Assembly: GCA_037129105.1 (NCBI GenBank)
Contig: JBAXVM010000002.1
Span: 1 to 42,185 of the forward strand
Direction: 5' to 3'
Length of the DNA: 42,185 nt
Source of the DNA: a bacterium
GTDB lineage: Bacteria; Verrucomicrobiota; Kiritimatiellia; RFP12; CAIWXQ01
The stretch's first letter is position 1. Every line of letters starts with the position of its first letter. Position numbers and translations under genes: made by a program. Shown here piece by piece: positions 40,977 to 42,185 of the stretch. The notes under the pieces are model-generated. The model made no database searches. It was given only the letters and a program-made list of their open reading frames with translations, and was not told the origin of the DNA.

Positions 40977-41810
40977 TTAAACGCCTTGCGCCTGCTCCTT
41001 TGCCAGTACGGCATTCAGGCTGCCGGTGCGGTAGCCGTCGAGGTCCAGCGCTACATATGTGTAGCCGACCGCGCGGATTTTTGCGGCCAGGGCTGGGCCC
41101 ATGGCTGCCAGGCGCGGGATCTCGGCCGGCGGCACTTCAATTCGCGCCACGGGGCCATGGTGCCGCACACGAAAACCATTGAATCCGGCCGCTTGCAGCA
41201 CCTGCTCGGCCGCGGCGATCCGCGCCAGCAGCTCCGCCGTGATTGCCGTGCCGTAGGGCACGCGCGAGGCCAGGCAGGCCTCCGCCGGGCGGTCTGCGCC
41301 CGGGATGCCGAATTGCTGTGATAACGCGCGGACATCCGACTTGGTGAACTCGGCGTCGGCCAGCGGCGAACGCACACCCGCCTCACGCGCCGCGCGCCGT
41401 CCCGGCCGGAAGTCGCCTGCGTCATCCGCCTGATTGCCGTCGGCCAGCATGGGGAGGCGGCCAAAGAACGCTTCGGCTTCCCGCTGCAAGGCTCCGCAGA
41501 GTTCGCGCTTGCAGTGGTAGCAGCGGTCCGGCGGGTTCTGTACAAACTGCGGATTCTCCATCTCGGCCGTATGCACCACGCGGACCACCACCCCCCAGTT
41601 GCGGGCGGCTGTCACGGCCGCCTCCAGGCTCGATTGCGTGAGGGACTCCGACTCGCCAATCACGGCCAGCACATTCCCGCTGCCCAGCACCTCGTGAGCC
41701 AGCCGCACCAGCAGCGAGCTGTCTACGCCGCCCGAGTAGGCGATGGCCACCTGCCGCGCGTCACGCAGGATGTTCTCAAGAGCACGGGTTTTTTCTTCGA
41801 GTGTATGCAT
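40977..41810 (-). CDS. larE: LarE-family ATP-dependent sulfur transferase (PP-loop ATP pyrophosphatase)
   Basis: PP-loop AIAYSGGVDSS, CYHCKRELC, ACLASRVPYG and the C-terminal DLDGYRTGSLN give a TIGR00268/LarE-like layout. Confidence 0.8.
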   Translation of the reverse strand: MHTLEEKTRALENILRDARQVAIAYSGGVDSSLLVRLAHEVLGSGNVLAVIGESESLTQSSLEAAVTAARNWGVVVRVVHTAEMENPQFVQNPPDRCYHCKRELCGALQREAEAFFGRLPMLADGNQADDAGDFRPGRRAAREAGVRSPLADAEFTKSDVRALSQQFGIPGADRPAEACLASRVPYGTAITAELLARIAAAEQVLQAAGFNGFRVRHHGPVARIEVPPAEIPRLAAMGPALAAKIRAVGYTYVALDLDGYRTGSLNAVLAKEQAQGV

Positions 41811-41927
41811 GTTGAACGCGCAGTTGAATAGGCGGGTTTGAATTTGGAAATCAGAAAATCATGATAGGAGAGTCGGGCTGAAAGGACAAGCTTGGCGATG
41901 GCGGGACGCAACGGGCACGGGGGAGAC

Positions 41928-41948
41928 CCGTCAACGCTGACTTGCGCC
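41928..41948. repeat. Family F half-site
   Basis: CCGTCAACGCTGACTTGCGCC is related to CCGTCAACTCTGACTTGCACC at 3206-3226. Confidence 0.6.
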
Positions 41949-42114
41949 CGAGACACTGGGGGGGCGCGCAGGGCAACGTGCGTTTTGCGGCCAAAGAACG
42001 GAAAGATTACCTAATGGTTATAAATCTGCTGCTTTGAGGTCCTTGTACTACTACTACTACTCGTCAAAACCGTGTTTGCCTGCGATGATTTTTAAACCGC
42101 GCCCAATCCGAGGC

Positions 42115-42185
42115 CTAAATCCGACAGTCTCCTAGCAGCCTGTCGGACTTAGCCTTCTGGAGGTACAAACCTTCTGCCGACAGGC
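42115..42185. repeat. Family C copies (a short palindrome variant plus a long form in inverted orientation), cut by the right window edge
   Basis: CTAAATCCGACAGTCTCCTAGCAGCCTGTCGGACTTAG is followed by CCTTCTGGAGGTACAAACCTTCTGCCGACAGGC. The latter is the reverse complement of the pattern at 29500-29560. Confidence 0.8.

Noticed and set aside
1-42185. Prophage, genomic island, defence system, tRNA, rRNA or CRISPR content.
   Set aside because: No integrase, transposase, phage structural, restriction-modification, cas or other recognisable defence genes were found. No tRNA- or rRNA-like sequences were recognised by eye.

Overview
The window is about 42 kb of high-G+C bacterial chromosome. I call 32 protein-coding genes. 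I recognise no rRNA, tRNA, CRISPR array, transposase, integrase or phage gene. The repeat-derived peptide motifs and gene content suggest a Verrucomicrobiota/PVC-type organism, but this is a low-confidence inference.

Gene content from left to right:
- a ParD-like antitoxin, cut by the left edge
- oligopeptidase A (M3 family)
- an OmpR-type response regulator and its histidine kinase, separated by a secreted TPR/HEAT protein and a four-helix-bundle/zinc-finger protein
- a YtrA-type GntR regulator with two ABC transporter modules
- dedA-murA
- DUF2270, a Ddl-like ATP-grasp enzyme and a large GT-C-like membrane protein
- a CheY-like regulator plus a small BON-like protein
- an AraC regulator, a URO-D family enzyme and uxaC
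- a PHP phosphoesterase, a GT9 heptosyltransferase and a secreted protein
- a stand-alone EF-G
- a small zinc peptidase, metY, a HydE-like radical SAM enzyme and larE

The most striking property is not one gene cluster. Nearly every intergenic gap is filled by palindromic, REP/MITE-like repeats from at least ten families:
- Several families are built from tandem 7-bp or 10-bp units.
- Some supply the stop codons of flanking genes.
- Some are translated in frame inside a membrane protein.
- One copy carries a 13-bp flanking direct repeat.

The best candidates for undescribed biology are:
1. the 10-bp-periodic CCTGTCG/CGACAGG hairpin arrays that punctuate the two-component operon
2. the four-helix-bundle/topoisomerase-zinc-finger fusion inside that operon
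3. the larE/HydE-like radical SAM/metY sulfur-enzyme cluster
4. the stop-codon-donating and in-frame repeats

All domain calls come from motif recognition by eye, with no database search. Repeat coordinates were counted by hand and may be off by 1-2 nt.
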